A stretch of 64,000 nucleotides of DNA, from positions 448,001 to 512,000 of the forward strand of contig CAVVUN010000015.1 of assembly GCA_963751455.1 (NCBI GenBank), written 5' to 3'. The number at the start of each line of letters is the position of its first letter. The first letter of the stretch is position 1. The stretch is from Nitrospirota bacterium. GTDB taxonomy: Bacteria; Nitrospirota; UBA9217. Below are positions 10,695 to 20,039 of this stretch, piece after piece. Below the pieces are notes generated by a model. That model was not told the DNA's origin. It saw only the letters and a list, made by a program, of their open reading frames with translations, and searched no databases. The position numbers and the translations under genes are program-made.

Positions 10695-12012
10695 GTGACA
10701 AAGAAATCATTTAAAATAGGAATGGTAAGCCTGGGTTGTCCCAAAAACCAGGTTGACGCCGAGCAGATGCTCGGTGTGCTCTCAGGCTCGGGCTTCGAAA
10801 TTACTCCGGACCAGGGTGATGCAGATCTGATCGTCGTCAATACATGCGGATTCATCGAGTCCGCCAAGGAAGAATCGATCGAGGCCATCCTCGAAGCGAC
10901 AGGAATGAAAAAGAGCGGCCGCTGCACGAAAGTAGTCATAGCGGGCTGCCTGGCACAGCGCTACAAGGATGAACTTCTGAAAGAGCTGCCCGAGGCCGAC
11001 GCGGTGATCGGCACTGCCGAAATCGGCCGGATCAGTGAGATTTGCGAAGAGGTCCTGGAAGGAAAGAAACCGTTTTTCAGGGTATACATCGCCTGAGATG
11101 GTATATGGACTTCCCCGCCTGAGCACCACGCCTGCCCACTATCGCTATCTCAAGATCGCCGAGGGCTGCAGCAACCGGTGTTCCTACTGCGCGATACCGA
11201 TAATACGCGGAAATTTCAAAAGCAGGCCGTACCTCTCTATCATCGAGGAAGCGCATGCACTGGCCGCCCAGGGAGCGAAAGAACTGGTCCTTTTGGCTCA
11301 GGATTCTACTGCTTACCGGGACGGGGATAAAGATCTTCCGGCATTACTGCAGGACATGACAGCAGTCGCCGAAATCGAGTGGATCCGGCTGATGTATGCG
11401 TATCCCGGCCGGATCAGCGAGAAGCTGGTCAGCGTATTTGCTGAACAAGAGAAGATCTGCAAATATCTGGATGTGCCGATACAGCATGTAGACGATGCAG
11501 TGCTGACCGCCATGAACCGGCGAGGAACGGCAGATGATATAAAAAAGACGATCGAGCTTCTTCGAGCGCGCGTGCCCGGGATCGTTCTTCGCACTTCACT
11601 GATCGTCGGGTTTCCCGGAGAGACGGACGCGGCGTTCAAGCGGCTGCTGGCATTCGTGAAAGAGGCGGAGTTCGAGCATCTCGGAGTTTTTGTCTACTCG
11701 CCTGAAGAAGGAACACCTGCCCGCGATCTCAAACAGGAAGTTCCGCCGGAAGTTGCAAACGACCGGCTCGACCGGATCATGAAAGCCCAGGCCGGGATAT
11801 CGCTCAAGAAGAACCGAGCCTTGATCGGAGCAAGGCGAAGAGTCCTTGTCGACGGGATCGAGGACATGGCGCTTATCGGCAGGCTTTCGACGCAGGCGCC
11901 GGACATCGACGGAGTGGTGTATCTCTCCAAAACCGAAGCAGCGCCGGGCCAGTTCGTGGAAGTCACGATCATGGATGCGACAGAGTATGACCTGGTGGGA
12001 AAGGCACAGTAG
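10695..12012 (+). CDS. rimO: Ribosomal protein S12 methylthiotransferase RimO (frameshift near 11085)
   Basis: SLGCPKNQVD, NTCGFI, KIAEGCSNRCSYC, APDIDG/TRAM domain. Confidence 0.93.
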
Positions 12013-12018
12013 AATACC

Positions 12019-12275
12019 ATCCGCAGATTTCGCAGATTACACAGATAAAAAATATTTTGTAACTACTCAGGTCATTTTTTACCCGCAGATTACGCAAATT
12101 TCGCAGATAAAACAAAACCAGAATTCCGGTTTTAGAATCTGCGTCAATCTGCGAAATCTGCGGATAGAAGGGCTTTTTCTTAAGCGATGGAAAGATTTAA
12201 AGAGTGGTTTTTCCGATTATGCCGATGTTAACACCCGGCGATTAATATAATCTGCGAAATCTGCGTAATCTGCGG
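12019..12275. repeat. Nested 9-nt-period palindromes containing a truncated copy (12054-12178) of the MITE at 63219-63386
   Basis: 12054-12178 is nearly identical to the reverse complement of 63265-63391. Confidence 0.85.
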
Positions 12276-12289
12276 CTAAAAATATAAAT

Positions 12290-13513
12290 ATGGAAAGGGA
12301 CTTTATGGATACCAATAATCATGTTGCAGATGTAACAACCGGCGAAGAGAACTTCGCGGAGATGTTCGAGAAGAGCATGGAGAAGAAGCAGGGAAGACTC
12401 CAGCCCGGCCAGATGGTCGAAACCGTCATCGTAAAGATTTCCGAAGACTGGATTTTTCTCGATCTCGGCGGCAAGGGCGAAGGCTATCTTGATAAAAAGG
12501 AAATGGTCGATGAAGCCGGAAACCTCACTGTCAAGGAAGGCGAAACCGTCCGTGCGTACTTCGTGTCTTCCGATAACAATGAGATGCATTTTACGACAAA
12601 GATAGGCTCAGGCCCCGGGAAGCAGACCCAGATAGAGGACGCCTGGAGAAATCAGGTCCCGGTAGAGGGCACGATCTCGAAAGAGATAAAGGGCGGGTTC
12701 GAGGTGAAGATCGGCGGCAGCGTTCGGGCCTTCTGCCCTTTTTCGCTGACCGGCATCCGGAGGGAAGAACAGTCGGCTGATTACATGGGGCGATCGCTCA
12801 CCTTCAAGATTGTGGAGTACGCCGAGGACGGCAGGAATATTGTTTTGTCCCGGAAAAGCATACTGGAAGAGGAGCGGCAGGAGAAACAGCGTGCACTAAA
12901 AGAGAGCCTGAAAGAAGGCATGAAAGTGCGGGGAAAAGTAACCTCTATACAGAAGTTCGGCGCATTCGTGGACATCGGAGGCCTTGAGGGCTTGCTTCCG
13001 GTCTCGGAGATCGCATGGACCAGGACCGAGAAGGTGAGTGACATACTTTCCGCCGGACAGGAAGTGGAAATTATCATCAAGAAGCTCGATTGGGACAACA
13101 ACAGGTTCTCGTTCAGCCTGAAGGACGCGTTGCCGGATCCCTGGAACCGGGCCGCGGAACTCTTTCCGCTCGGCTCGTACCACACGGGAACGGTTTCCCG
13201 CCTGATGGCGTTCGGAGCGTTTGTCACGTTGAAAGAGGGAATCGACGGGCTTATTCACATTTCAAAACTTGGCGCAGGCAGAAGGATCAATCATCCCCGT
13301 GAGGTTGTGAAAGAAGGTCAGGCTGTCGAAGTCAAGATTGAAGCAGTTGATTCGGCACAGAGAAAACTCTCACTGTCGCTCGCGGATGTCAGCCGTGCGG
13401 AAGAAGAAGCGGCCGCAACCTTGAAGGACTATCAGCAGCAGGAAGCGGAGGCTCCGAAGACCATGGGAACCCTGGGCGATCTTTTGAAGGCGAAGATAGA
13501 GCAGAAGAAGTAA
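12290..13513 (+). CDS. rpsA: Short S1 ribosomal protein-like (about four S1 domains)
   Basis: FGAFVDIGGLEGLLPVSEI and FGAFVTLKEGIDGLIHISKL repeats; 407 aa, possibly a paralogue. Confidence 0.8.
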   Translation: MERDFMDTNNHVADVTTGEENFAEMFEKSMEKKQGRLQPGQMVETVIVKISEDWIFLDLGGKGEGYLDKKEMVDEAGNLTVKEGETVRAYFVSSDNNEMHFTTKIGSGPGKQTQIEDAWRNQVPVEGTISKEIKGGFEVKIGGSVRAFCPFSLTGIRREEQSADYMGRSLTFKIVEYAEDGRNIVLSRKSILEEERQEKQRALKESLKEGMKVRGKVTSIQKFGAFVDIGGLEGLLPVSEIAWTRTEKVSDILSAGQEVEIIIKKLDWDNNRFSFSLKDALPDPWNRAAELFPLGSYHTGTVSRLMAFGAFVTLKEGIDGLIHISKLGAGRRINHPREVVKEGQAVEVKIEAVDSAQRKLSLSLADVSRAEEEAAATLKDYQQQEAEAPKTMGTLGDLLKAKIEQKK

Positions 13514-13539
13514 AATAACTCAAACAAATTGTCATGCCG

Positions 13540-13575
13540 AAAACCGCTGTCTCTGTATCCTGACAGCGGTTTTTC
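13540..13575 (+). terminator. Intrinsic terminator after the S1 gene
   Basis: AACCGCTGTC...GACAGCGGTT plus T run. Confidence 0.75.
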
Positions 13576-13781
13576 AGTTTACAAGCCGTTGACGCCATTT
13601 TCGACCGCCCTATCTTCCAGACTACGGATTTTTATAAGCGGGCGGAAATTCCGAAGGCAAGCGTCATGCGCATTCTCGATGCACTAAAAAACATAGTATC
13701 CTGGTCCCTCTACGCGTCGGAAAAGGGAGGCAGACTTCGATTCTTATGTTTAAAAAGCTCATTGATATTGTTGAGAAATAG
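13570..13781 (+). pseudogene. Decayed C-terminal fragment of a Fic-family protein
   Basis: Across frameshifts: LQAVDAIFDRPIFQTTDF..AEIPKASVMRILDALK..ILVPLRVGKGR..FKKLIDIVEK*. Confidence 0.55.
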
Positions 13782-13921
13782 TGTTCGCGCCGCAGGGATT
13801 AGTTACTATTCTCTTCGTGTCTCACAAATAGCGTTTTATGAGACACAAATTATTTAGCGTCTCACGGGTGAGTTGCAACAGCTGATACCAATCAATTAGA
13901 TAAAATTAAGATCTGTGAATC

Positions 13922-14078
13922 ATCGAGCCGTATCATGGAACGGTGTTAGACCCCGCCTGCGGCTCGGGCCCCGGGAAACAGACCCAGATAGAGGATGCCT
14001 GGAGAAATCACGTTCCGGTAGAGGGCACGATCACGAAAGAGATAAAGGGCGGGTTTGAGGTGAAAATCGGCGGCAGCG
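13922..14078 (+). pseudogene. Chimeric relic: N6-methyltransferase motif-I fragment fused to a 118-bp diverged copy of the S1 gene
   Basis: IEPYHGTVLDPACGSG runs in frame into PGKQTQIEDAWRNHVPVEG...; 13961-14078 matches 12605-12722 at 110/118. Confidence 0.85.
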
Positions 14079-14167
14079 CTCCTAATCTCCCCTGTAACTA
14101 GTCTTTCTTTTCTGCTTTATATCCTAAAAAAACTAGGCTATACTCCTATACATCCAAGTTTTCGATA

Positions 14168-14494
14168 ATGGATATTCTTCCCGATGCATGGCTGCATCAA
14201 GTAAAGATAATGGGCAAAAGCATTGAGGAAGAAGGGAAAGAAAAAATATTGGAGGTTGATTCAATTTTCGTTATTGAAGATGAAATAAGTGGAGAGCAAG
14301 GTCGAGGCGAGGGCCGCTCCTTCTGGGAATCAGCGTCGTTGGAAGAGTTAGCCGAGGAGCAAGCTGTTGCCCCGGTATCGGCTCTTGATGAACTTTTCGA
14401 TCTGTGGCCTGGCGATGATAATCCTGATGATTTGATGCGCTTTGTATTAGAAGAACGAACAGGCAGGCGAAAAGTAAATGCCGGGGGAGCCTGA
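14168..14494 (+). CDS. Acidic hypothetical protein, probable orphan antitoxin
   Basis: FWESASLEELAEEQAVAPV..; stop overlaps the start of a PIN-like stub. Confidence 0.5.
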   Translation: MDILPDAWLHQVKIMGKSIEEEGKEKILEVDSIFVIEDEISGEQGRGEGRSFWESASLEELAEEQAVAPVSALDELFDLWPGDDNPDDLMRFVLEERTGRRKVNAGGA

Positions 14495-14571
14495 TGGACG
14501 CAGTCCTGCTCGATACCACGGTTAGTCTTCTTCACCCCAAGAAAAAAGGCAAGCCTTCATTTCGTACGTAA
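14494..14571 (+). pseudogene. Truncated PIN/VapC-like toxin start
   Basis: TGATG coupling; MDAVLLDTTV.. resembles the first PIN motif; stops after 25 codons. Confidence 0.5.
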
Positions 14572-14760
14572 ATTATCCGCTAAGGCAGCACAGCACTCGC
14601 GGTAATTTGGAAAAAATAACGCTTCTCCGCATTTTTATCACTCTCCGACCATTTAGCTTCTCCTTGCAATTTCGAGCGATATGTAATATTTTAGTTTCAT
14701 AATTTCACCCCCTTCAAAGAGTTTCGGATTGGGAGCCGGCTGTCTTTATTCTCAAGGGTT

Positions 14761-15534
14761 ATGACAAAGTTCCGTATATACGTTGATGAAGTCGGGAACC
14801 CGGATCTGAACAGCTCGGACAATCCGAATCATCGGTTTCTTAGCCTGACCGGCGTAATACTTGATCTCAGATATGTGGAATCAGTCGTGCATCCTCAAAT
14901 GGAGGCGTTGAAGACCAAATATTTTAACTCTCATCCGGATGACCCAATCATTTTCCATCGAAAAGAAATGGTGAATGCATGGCCGCCTTTTGAAATTTTG
15001 AAGGAGCCGGATCAATTGGAAGGGTTTGATCGAGAACTTCTTGCGCACATGACAACATGGGATTACCGCGTCATATCGGTTTGTCTTGATAAAAAGAATC
15101 ATAAGGAAACCTATGCCACATGGAGATACGACCCTTATCATTATTGTCTCGCCGTGCTGCTCGAACGTTTTGTCTTTTTTCTAAATCAACATGAGAGCCA
15201 GGGAGACGTGATGGCTGAATCCAGAGGCGGCAAGGAAGACAGGCGTCTGAAGGATTCCTTTGCCCGCTTATGGGAAACAGGAACTGACTATGTTGCGCCT
15301 GATCAGTTTGAGAAGGCTCTTACGAGTAAACAGCTTAAGGTAAAGCAGAAGACAAATAATATTTCCGGTCTTCAACTTGCAGATTTGCTGGCGCACCCGA
15401 GCAGAAATGAAATCCTGCATGAGCGGGGGCTACTGGATAAAAAGATGGGGTTTTTTGCTCAGAAAGTAATTGAGGTTTTGCAGGGTAAGTATTACCAGCG
15501 AGATGGGCGGATATACGGAAAGAAATTCATGTAG
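14761..15534 (+). CDS. DUF3800 domain protein
   Basis: N-terminal IYVDEVG and C-terminal GLQLADLLA motifs. Confidence 0.88.
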   Translation: MTKFRIYVDEVGNPDLNSSDNPNHRFLSLTGVILDLRYVESVVHPQMEALKTKYFNSHPDDPIIFHRKEMVNAWPPFEILKEPDQLEGFDRELLAHMTTWDYRVISVCLDKKNHKETYATWRYDPYHYCLAVLLERFVFFLNQHESQGDVMAESRGGKEDRRLKDSFARLWETGTDYVAPDQFEKALTSKQLKVKQKTNNISGLQLADLLAHPSRNEILHERGLLDKKMGFFAQKVIEVLQGKYYQRDGRIYGKKFM

Positions 15535-15538
15535 GCAA

Positions 15539-15597
15539 TAAAAAAGGCCCTCAAGGGGCCCGATGGCTTTCGCCATCCACCTCCGGTATCCCGGATT
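15539..15597 (-). ncRNA. Candidate DUF3800-associated small structured RNA
   Basis: Three perfect hairpins (UCCGG-GAUA-CCGGA, GAUGGC-GAAA-GCCAUC, GGCCC-CUUGA-GGGCC + U6) directly behind a consensus-like promoter. Confidence 0.7.
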
Positions 15598-15603
15598 GAT
15601 ATT

Positions 15604-15632
15604 ACTATAACCGTAAGAAATGACTAAGTCAA
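15604..15632 (-). promoter_or_regulatory. Sigma70 promoter for the small RNA
   Basis: TTGACT-17 nt-TATAGT on the minus strand. Confidence 0.72.
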
Positions 15633-15677
15633 CAAATTTATTCATTTTTGGATAATCGAAAAACTTGCTGAGGCAAT

Positions 15678-16616
15678 ATGTATTCAAAGGGCGATCGAGT
15701 AAAACATCCGGCAAGACCTCAATGGGGAATCGGGGAGATCCGGGAAGTCCTGCCGGACTCCAAGGTAAAGGTATTTTTTGTCAATGATGGAGAAAAGACG
15801 CTGTCACTAAAGGAGCTAAAACTAATCCAGGTCGAAGGGCCGGACGCTGCTCATCCGCTTCTCGATAATCCGCAGCCTCAAAAGTCGCTAAAATCTCGAA
15901 GAACGCAAAAGAAAAAAACAAACGCGAACAAACGATTCAACAATCTGCAAGGGGCGATAGGATATTTTTTAAGGCTCTTCCCTGAAGGGTTTGATGGCAA
16001 GGAGTTTCTGGACAACGAGCGCAACTATAAAATTGCGGAGCGAGATCTCCTTCTGAGCCTGTTAAACGAGAATGATCTGTCCAGCTTGCTGAAGGCAGAT
16101 AATCACGCTGAAATATGCAAGCGCGCCAGACAGGTGACAAATAAAACGAACCTCATATTTAAAACGGAAAGAGCCTCTTTTAACGACGGACTGAAATCAG
16201 CAGATAATCAGATGGAATTCTCCGGGACGCTTTTCGATTTATTATATGGAAAAGGAGAGCTTGAACACCGATTTTCAGCTTTGGCGGATTGCCTGCAGCG
16301 GATCGGCGCGGCCAAATGGCCGGTTGCCTCGTATTTTCTCTTTATGAGATATTCGGATGAGCACATGTTTTTGAAGCCTAGGTCAGCACAACGTCTCGCC
16401 GATGTATGCAATTTTGAATTGAACTATCATCCCGATCCGAACTGGCTCACGTATAAAAGTCTTCTGGAATTCGCCCGCTATCTTTACGAAGCATTGAAGG
16501 CAGACGGTCTTAACCCGAGGGACCTGATCGACGTTCAGTCCTTCATATGGTGCGTTGACGATAATGCGTATCAAAAAAAACAAGTAAAAGAAGCACAAGT
16601 TTTATCAGGAGAATGA
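15678..16616 (+). CDS. DUF3553-like N-terminal domain fused to an uncharacterised helical domain
   Basis: [28 protein letters not shown]; C-terminal [26 protein letters not shown]. Confidence 0.65.
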   Translation: MYSKGDRVKHPARPQWGIGEIREVLPDSKVKVFFVNDGEKTLSLKELKLIQVEGPDAAHPLLDNPQPQKSLKSRRTQKKKTNANKRFNNLQGAIGYFLRLFPEGFDGKEFLDNERNYKIAERDLLLSLLNENDLSSLLKADNHAEICKRARQVTNKTNLIFKTERASFNDGLKSADNQMEFSGTLFDLLYGKGELEHRFSALADCLQRIGAAKWPVASYFLFMRYSDEHMFLKPRSAQRLADVCNFELNYHPDPNWLTYKSLLEFARYLYEALKADGLNPRDLIDVQSFIWCVDDNAYQKKQVKEAQVLSGE

Positions 16617-16620
16617 TCTT

Positions 16621-18222
16621 ATGTCGCGCAATGACAAGGAAAAAAAGAACCAGAATGATGAACCGCTCGAGAAAAAGCTTTGGAGGTCGGCCGATAAGCT
16701 TCGGAAGAACATGGATGCAGCCGAATATAAGCACGTCGTATTAGGCTTAATCTTCCTCAAATACATTTCCGACGCCTTTGAGGAACTCTACGACAAGCTC
16801 AAGGAAGGCAAGGGCGACTATTCGGGCGCTGATCCTGAAGATAAAAATGAATATACTGCGGAAAAGGTATTTTATGTGCCGCCGTCAGCCCGGTGGCGAT
16901 GGCTTCAAGGGAGGGCCAAACTTCCGACCATCGGCAAGGATATAGACGATGCCATGGATGCTATCGAAAAAGACAACCTCTCTCTTCGAGGAGTGTTGCC
17001 GAAGGTTTATGCGCAGGAGAAGTTGGACAAGCAAAGTCTGGGCGGGCTGATTGATTTGATCGGCAGCGCAGCAATCGGGACTATGGAAGCGCGGAGCAAG
17101 GATGTGCTTGGCAAAGTGTATGAATACTTCCTTGGCGAATTTGCGCTGGCCGAAGGCAAAAAGGGCGGACAGTTCTATACGCCGGGGAGCGTGGTAAAGC
17201 TGTTGGTCGAGATGCTGGAGCCTTACGAAGGCCGCGTGTTCGACCCGTGCTGCGGTTCCGGCGGTATGTTTGTGCAGAGCGAAAAGTTCGTTGAGGCTCA
17301 CCGGGATTACTACAAGAAAAAAGGCAACGGGTTATCTCTCAATCCGGCAGATCGCATCTCAATTTACGGACAGGAGAGCAATCAGACTACCTGGCGTCTT
17401 GCAAAGATGAATCTTGCCATCCGTCATATCGACAGCAGTAACGTAAAGTGGAACAACGAAGGTTCATTCCTGAATGACGCGCACAAGGATCTAAAAGCCG
17501 ATTATATTATTGCCAACCCGCCTTTTAATGACAGTGACTGGAGCGGCGACTTGGTCCGCGATGACGCCCGTTGGAGCGTGCTGGGCAAAAAACTCCCGCC
17601 GCCACCTGCCAATGCCAACTATGCCTGGATACAGCACTTCCTCTATCACCTTGCTCCTACAGGCATGGCGGGCTTTGTGCTGGCAAAAGGCTCTCTCACA
17701 ACCAGAACGAACAACGAAGGCGAGATACGCAAGGCGATGGTGGAAAACGATCTGATCGACTGCATCGTGAATCTGCCCACTAAGCTGTTCCTCAATACTC
17801 AAATACCAGCCTGCCTGTGGTTCCTACGCAGAAACAAGCAGAAGCGTAAAGGCGAGATTCTCTTTATTGATGCCCGCAATATGGGTTTTTTGATCAATCG
17901 CAGAAACAGGGAATTGTCCGACGATGACATTACTCTGATTGCGAGCACGTACCACAACTGGCGCACGGGCGAAGGTGAATACAAGGACGTTCCTGGATTC
18001 TGCAAAGCGGCGCCGGTGCCACAAGTGAAAGCATTGAACTATGTGACGATACCCGGCAGATACATCGGTTTGCCTGATGATGGTGACGATTTTAATTTCA
18101 CTGAAAGATACAAGTCCTTGAAGGCGGAGCTGGAACAGCAGATGGCTGAAGAAGCATCACTTAATAAGAGCATAGAGACAAACCTTGCAAAAATCAATTT
18201 AACGGCCGACATTAATGAATGA
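16621..18222 (+). CDS. hsdM: Type I R-M methyltransferase subunit
   Basis: [30 protein letters not shown]. Confidence 0.96.
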   Translation: MSRNDKEKKNQNDEPLEKKLWRSADKLRKNMDAAEYKHVVLGLIFLKYISDAFEELYDKLKEGKGDYSGADPEDKNEYTAEKVFYVPPSARWRWLQGRAKLPTIGKDIDDAMDAIEKDNLSLRGVLPKVYAQEKLDKQSLGGLIDLIGSAAIGTMEARSKDVLGKVYEYFLGEFALAEGKKGGQFYTPGSVVKLLVEMLEPYEGRVFDPCCGSGGMFVQSEKFVEAHRDYYKKKGNGLSLNPADRISIYGQESNQTTWRLAKMNLAIRHIDSSNVKWNNEGSFLNDAHKDLKADYIIANPPFNDSDWSGDLVRDDARWSVLGKKLPPPPANANYAWIQHFLYHLAPTGMAGFVLAKGSLTTRTNNEGEIRKAMVENDLIDCIVNLPTKLFLNTQIPACLWFLRRNKQKRKGEILFIDARNMGFLINRRNRELSDDDITLIASTYHNWRTGEGEYKDVPGFCKAAPVPQVKALNYVTIPGRYIGLPDDGDDFNFTERYKSLKAELEQQMAEEASLNKSIETNLAKINLTADINE

Positions 18223-19381
18223 ATTTATAAGTACAGAGCTAGGGGAAGTCAATAAAGATTTTAGCCGTTTTAAGATTGAAGATATATCAATCAAAATGGC
18301 AGACGCTCCTTTTGGCTCTTCCATAAAAAATTACGACTACACTTCTGCAGGTGTAGTTGTTGTTCAAGGGAACAACATCAACGGTCGCAAATGCGACTGG
18401 TCAAGCTTAAGATTTGTCGATGAAGAAAAATATAAGTCATTGCCGAGAAGTCACTGCTTCATAGGGGATTTAGTTTTCCCTAAAGTTGGGACAATAGGGA
18501 AGGTAGGAATTCTTACAAAATATGATTTGCAAGAAAAATATCTTCTATCGACGAATACGATGATGCTGAGGGCAGATCCAGAAAAAGCAGATCAGCATTT
18601 TGTGTATTATTATTTTTCATCTCGAAGAGTAAGGGAATATATAGAGCTAATAAATGCAAACTCAGTCCAACCCGTGTTCAATTTTACATCATTAAAGAAT
18701 TTTCCGATTTATCTTCCCACCCTGCCCGAACAAAAATCTATAGCTGCTATACTCTGCAGCCTGGATGACAAAATAGAACTGTTGCACCGACAGAACACAA
18801 CTTTGGAAACTTTAGCGGAGACATTGTTCCGACAGTGGTTTGTGGAGGAGGCGGGTGAGAGCTGGAAGGCCGGGCGGTTGGGGGATGTAATAGAGCTTGT
18901 ATATGGGAAAGCCTTAAAAGAAGAACTCAGAGTTGGAAGCGGATTTCCTGTTGTTGGTTCAAGTGGCGTCGTAGGATATCATGGGGAGTTTTTAGTTGAA
19001 GGACCAGGCATTGTCATCGGCAGAAAAGGTACACTCGGCCGGGTAATTTATCTTTTTGAAAACTTCTTCCCGATTGATACGACCTATTTCATAAAATCTA
19101 AGGTCAATTCGGTTGGCCTGTTCTATGAATATTTTTTATTAAAGACATTAAATTTTGAAGAAATGAATTCAGATTCAGCAGTTCCAGGTCTTAATAGAGA
19201 CCTTGCACTATCTACTGAAATTAAAATAGCACCATTTGATAAATTAAAGCAATACAATGATTCTTGTGCTTCTTTATTTGAAAAACTAAAAACAAATAAC
19301 GTTCAAATTCGTACCCTGGCTCGCCTGCGCGATACACTATTGCCGAAGCTTATGAGTGGTGAGGTGCGAGTCAGTTCTTAG
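18215..19381 (+). CDS. hsdS: Type I R-M specificity subunit
   Basis: Two TRDs, [31 protein letters not shown]; AT-rich. Confidence 0.95.
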   Translation: MNEFISTELGEVNKDFSRFKIEDISIKMADAPFGSSIKNYDYTSAGVVVVQGNNINGRKCDWSSLRFVDEEKYKSLPRSHCFIGDLVFPKVGTIGKVGILTKYDLQEKYLLSTNTMMLRADPEKADQHFVYYYFSSRRVREYIELINANSVQPVFNFTSLKNFPIYLPTLPEQKSIAAILCSLDDKIELLHRQNTTLETLAETLFRQWFVEEAGESWKAGRLGDVIELVYGKALKEELRVGSGFPVVGSSGVVGYHGEFLVEGPGIVIGRKGTLGRVIYLFENFFPIDTTYFIKSKVNSVGLFYEYFLLKTLNFEEMNSDSAVPGLNRDLALSTEIKIAPFDKLKQYNDSCASLFEKLKTNNVQIRTLARLRDTLLPKLMSGEVRVSS

Positions 19382-19388
19382 CGGATGA

Positions 19389-20039
19389 ATGGATAAACTC
19401 AAATCAATCATAGAGCAACACAGTCGATGGCAGCCTTTGACTGAATACGTGAGGCGTATCGAAGGCTATAGGGAAACTGATTTTGTTCTTTGTGTTGAGA
19501 ACGCAAAATCATTACTCGAAAGCATTGCAAAAGAAATCTGTACACAAAAAACGCAGTCTTACTCGAACGATGATAATACGGGCAAAATACTGAAACTGGC
19601 TTTTGCCTGCATGGGCTATGACGATACTGCGGCAGTCCGGCAAATCGGGGGAGCTATAGCAAACATCGGCCAGCAGATGGGAAACTTGCGCAATGACATC
19701 GGCGTAACCTCTCATGGCAGGCCGCTTTCAGAGCTTGAGGATCGCAAGGAGGTAATAAGCAAGGTTTCGTCCGATTTTTTACTTGGCGCAACGGAATTAC
19801 TTGCTTGCTTGCTAATCCAATTATTCGAGACAGAGTTTCCCCGGAAAACGGAAGAGCAGGAAGCCGTTGGTTACGATGACCATGAAGACTTTAATGAGGC
19901 ATGGGATGAACTATATGGTGAGTTTCAAATGGCTGATTATTCTTATGCGGCAAGTGAAATTCTGTACAACTTGGACCCCAAAGCATATCAAACAGAGTTA
20001 GACGCCTATAAGGTGGGCTCGAATGAAGATGTTAACTGA
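19389..20039 (+). CDS. Abortive-infection C-terminal (Abi_C)-like protein
   Basis: AKSLLESIAKEI and LRNDIGVTSHGR motifs. Confidence 0.7.
   Translation: MDKLKSIIEQHSRWQPLTEYVRRIEGYRETDFVLCVENAKSLLESIAKEICTQKTQSYSNDDNTGKILKLAFACMGYDDTAAVRQIGGAIANIGQQMGNLRNDIGVTSHGRPLSELEDRKEVISKVSSDFLLGATELLACLLIQLFETEFPRKTEEQEAVGYDDHEDFNEAWDELYGEFQMADYSYAASEILYNLDPKAYQTELDAYKVGSNEDVN

Noticed and set aside
12019-12275. CRISPR array
   Set aside because: Units are degenerate 9-mers in inverted arrangement with no regular unique spacers; no cas genes.
13961-14078. Diversity-generating retroelement TR/VR pair with 12605-12722
   Set aside because: Mismatches are not adenine-specific (C/T, G/C etc.), are mostly synonymous, and no reverse transcriptase is present.
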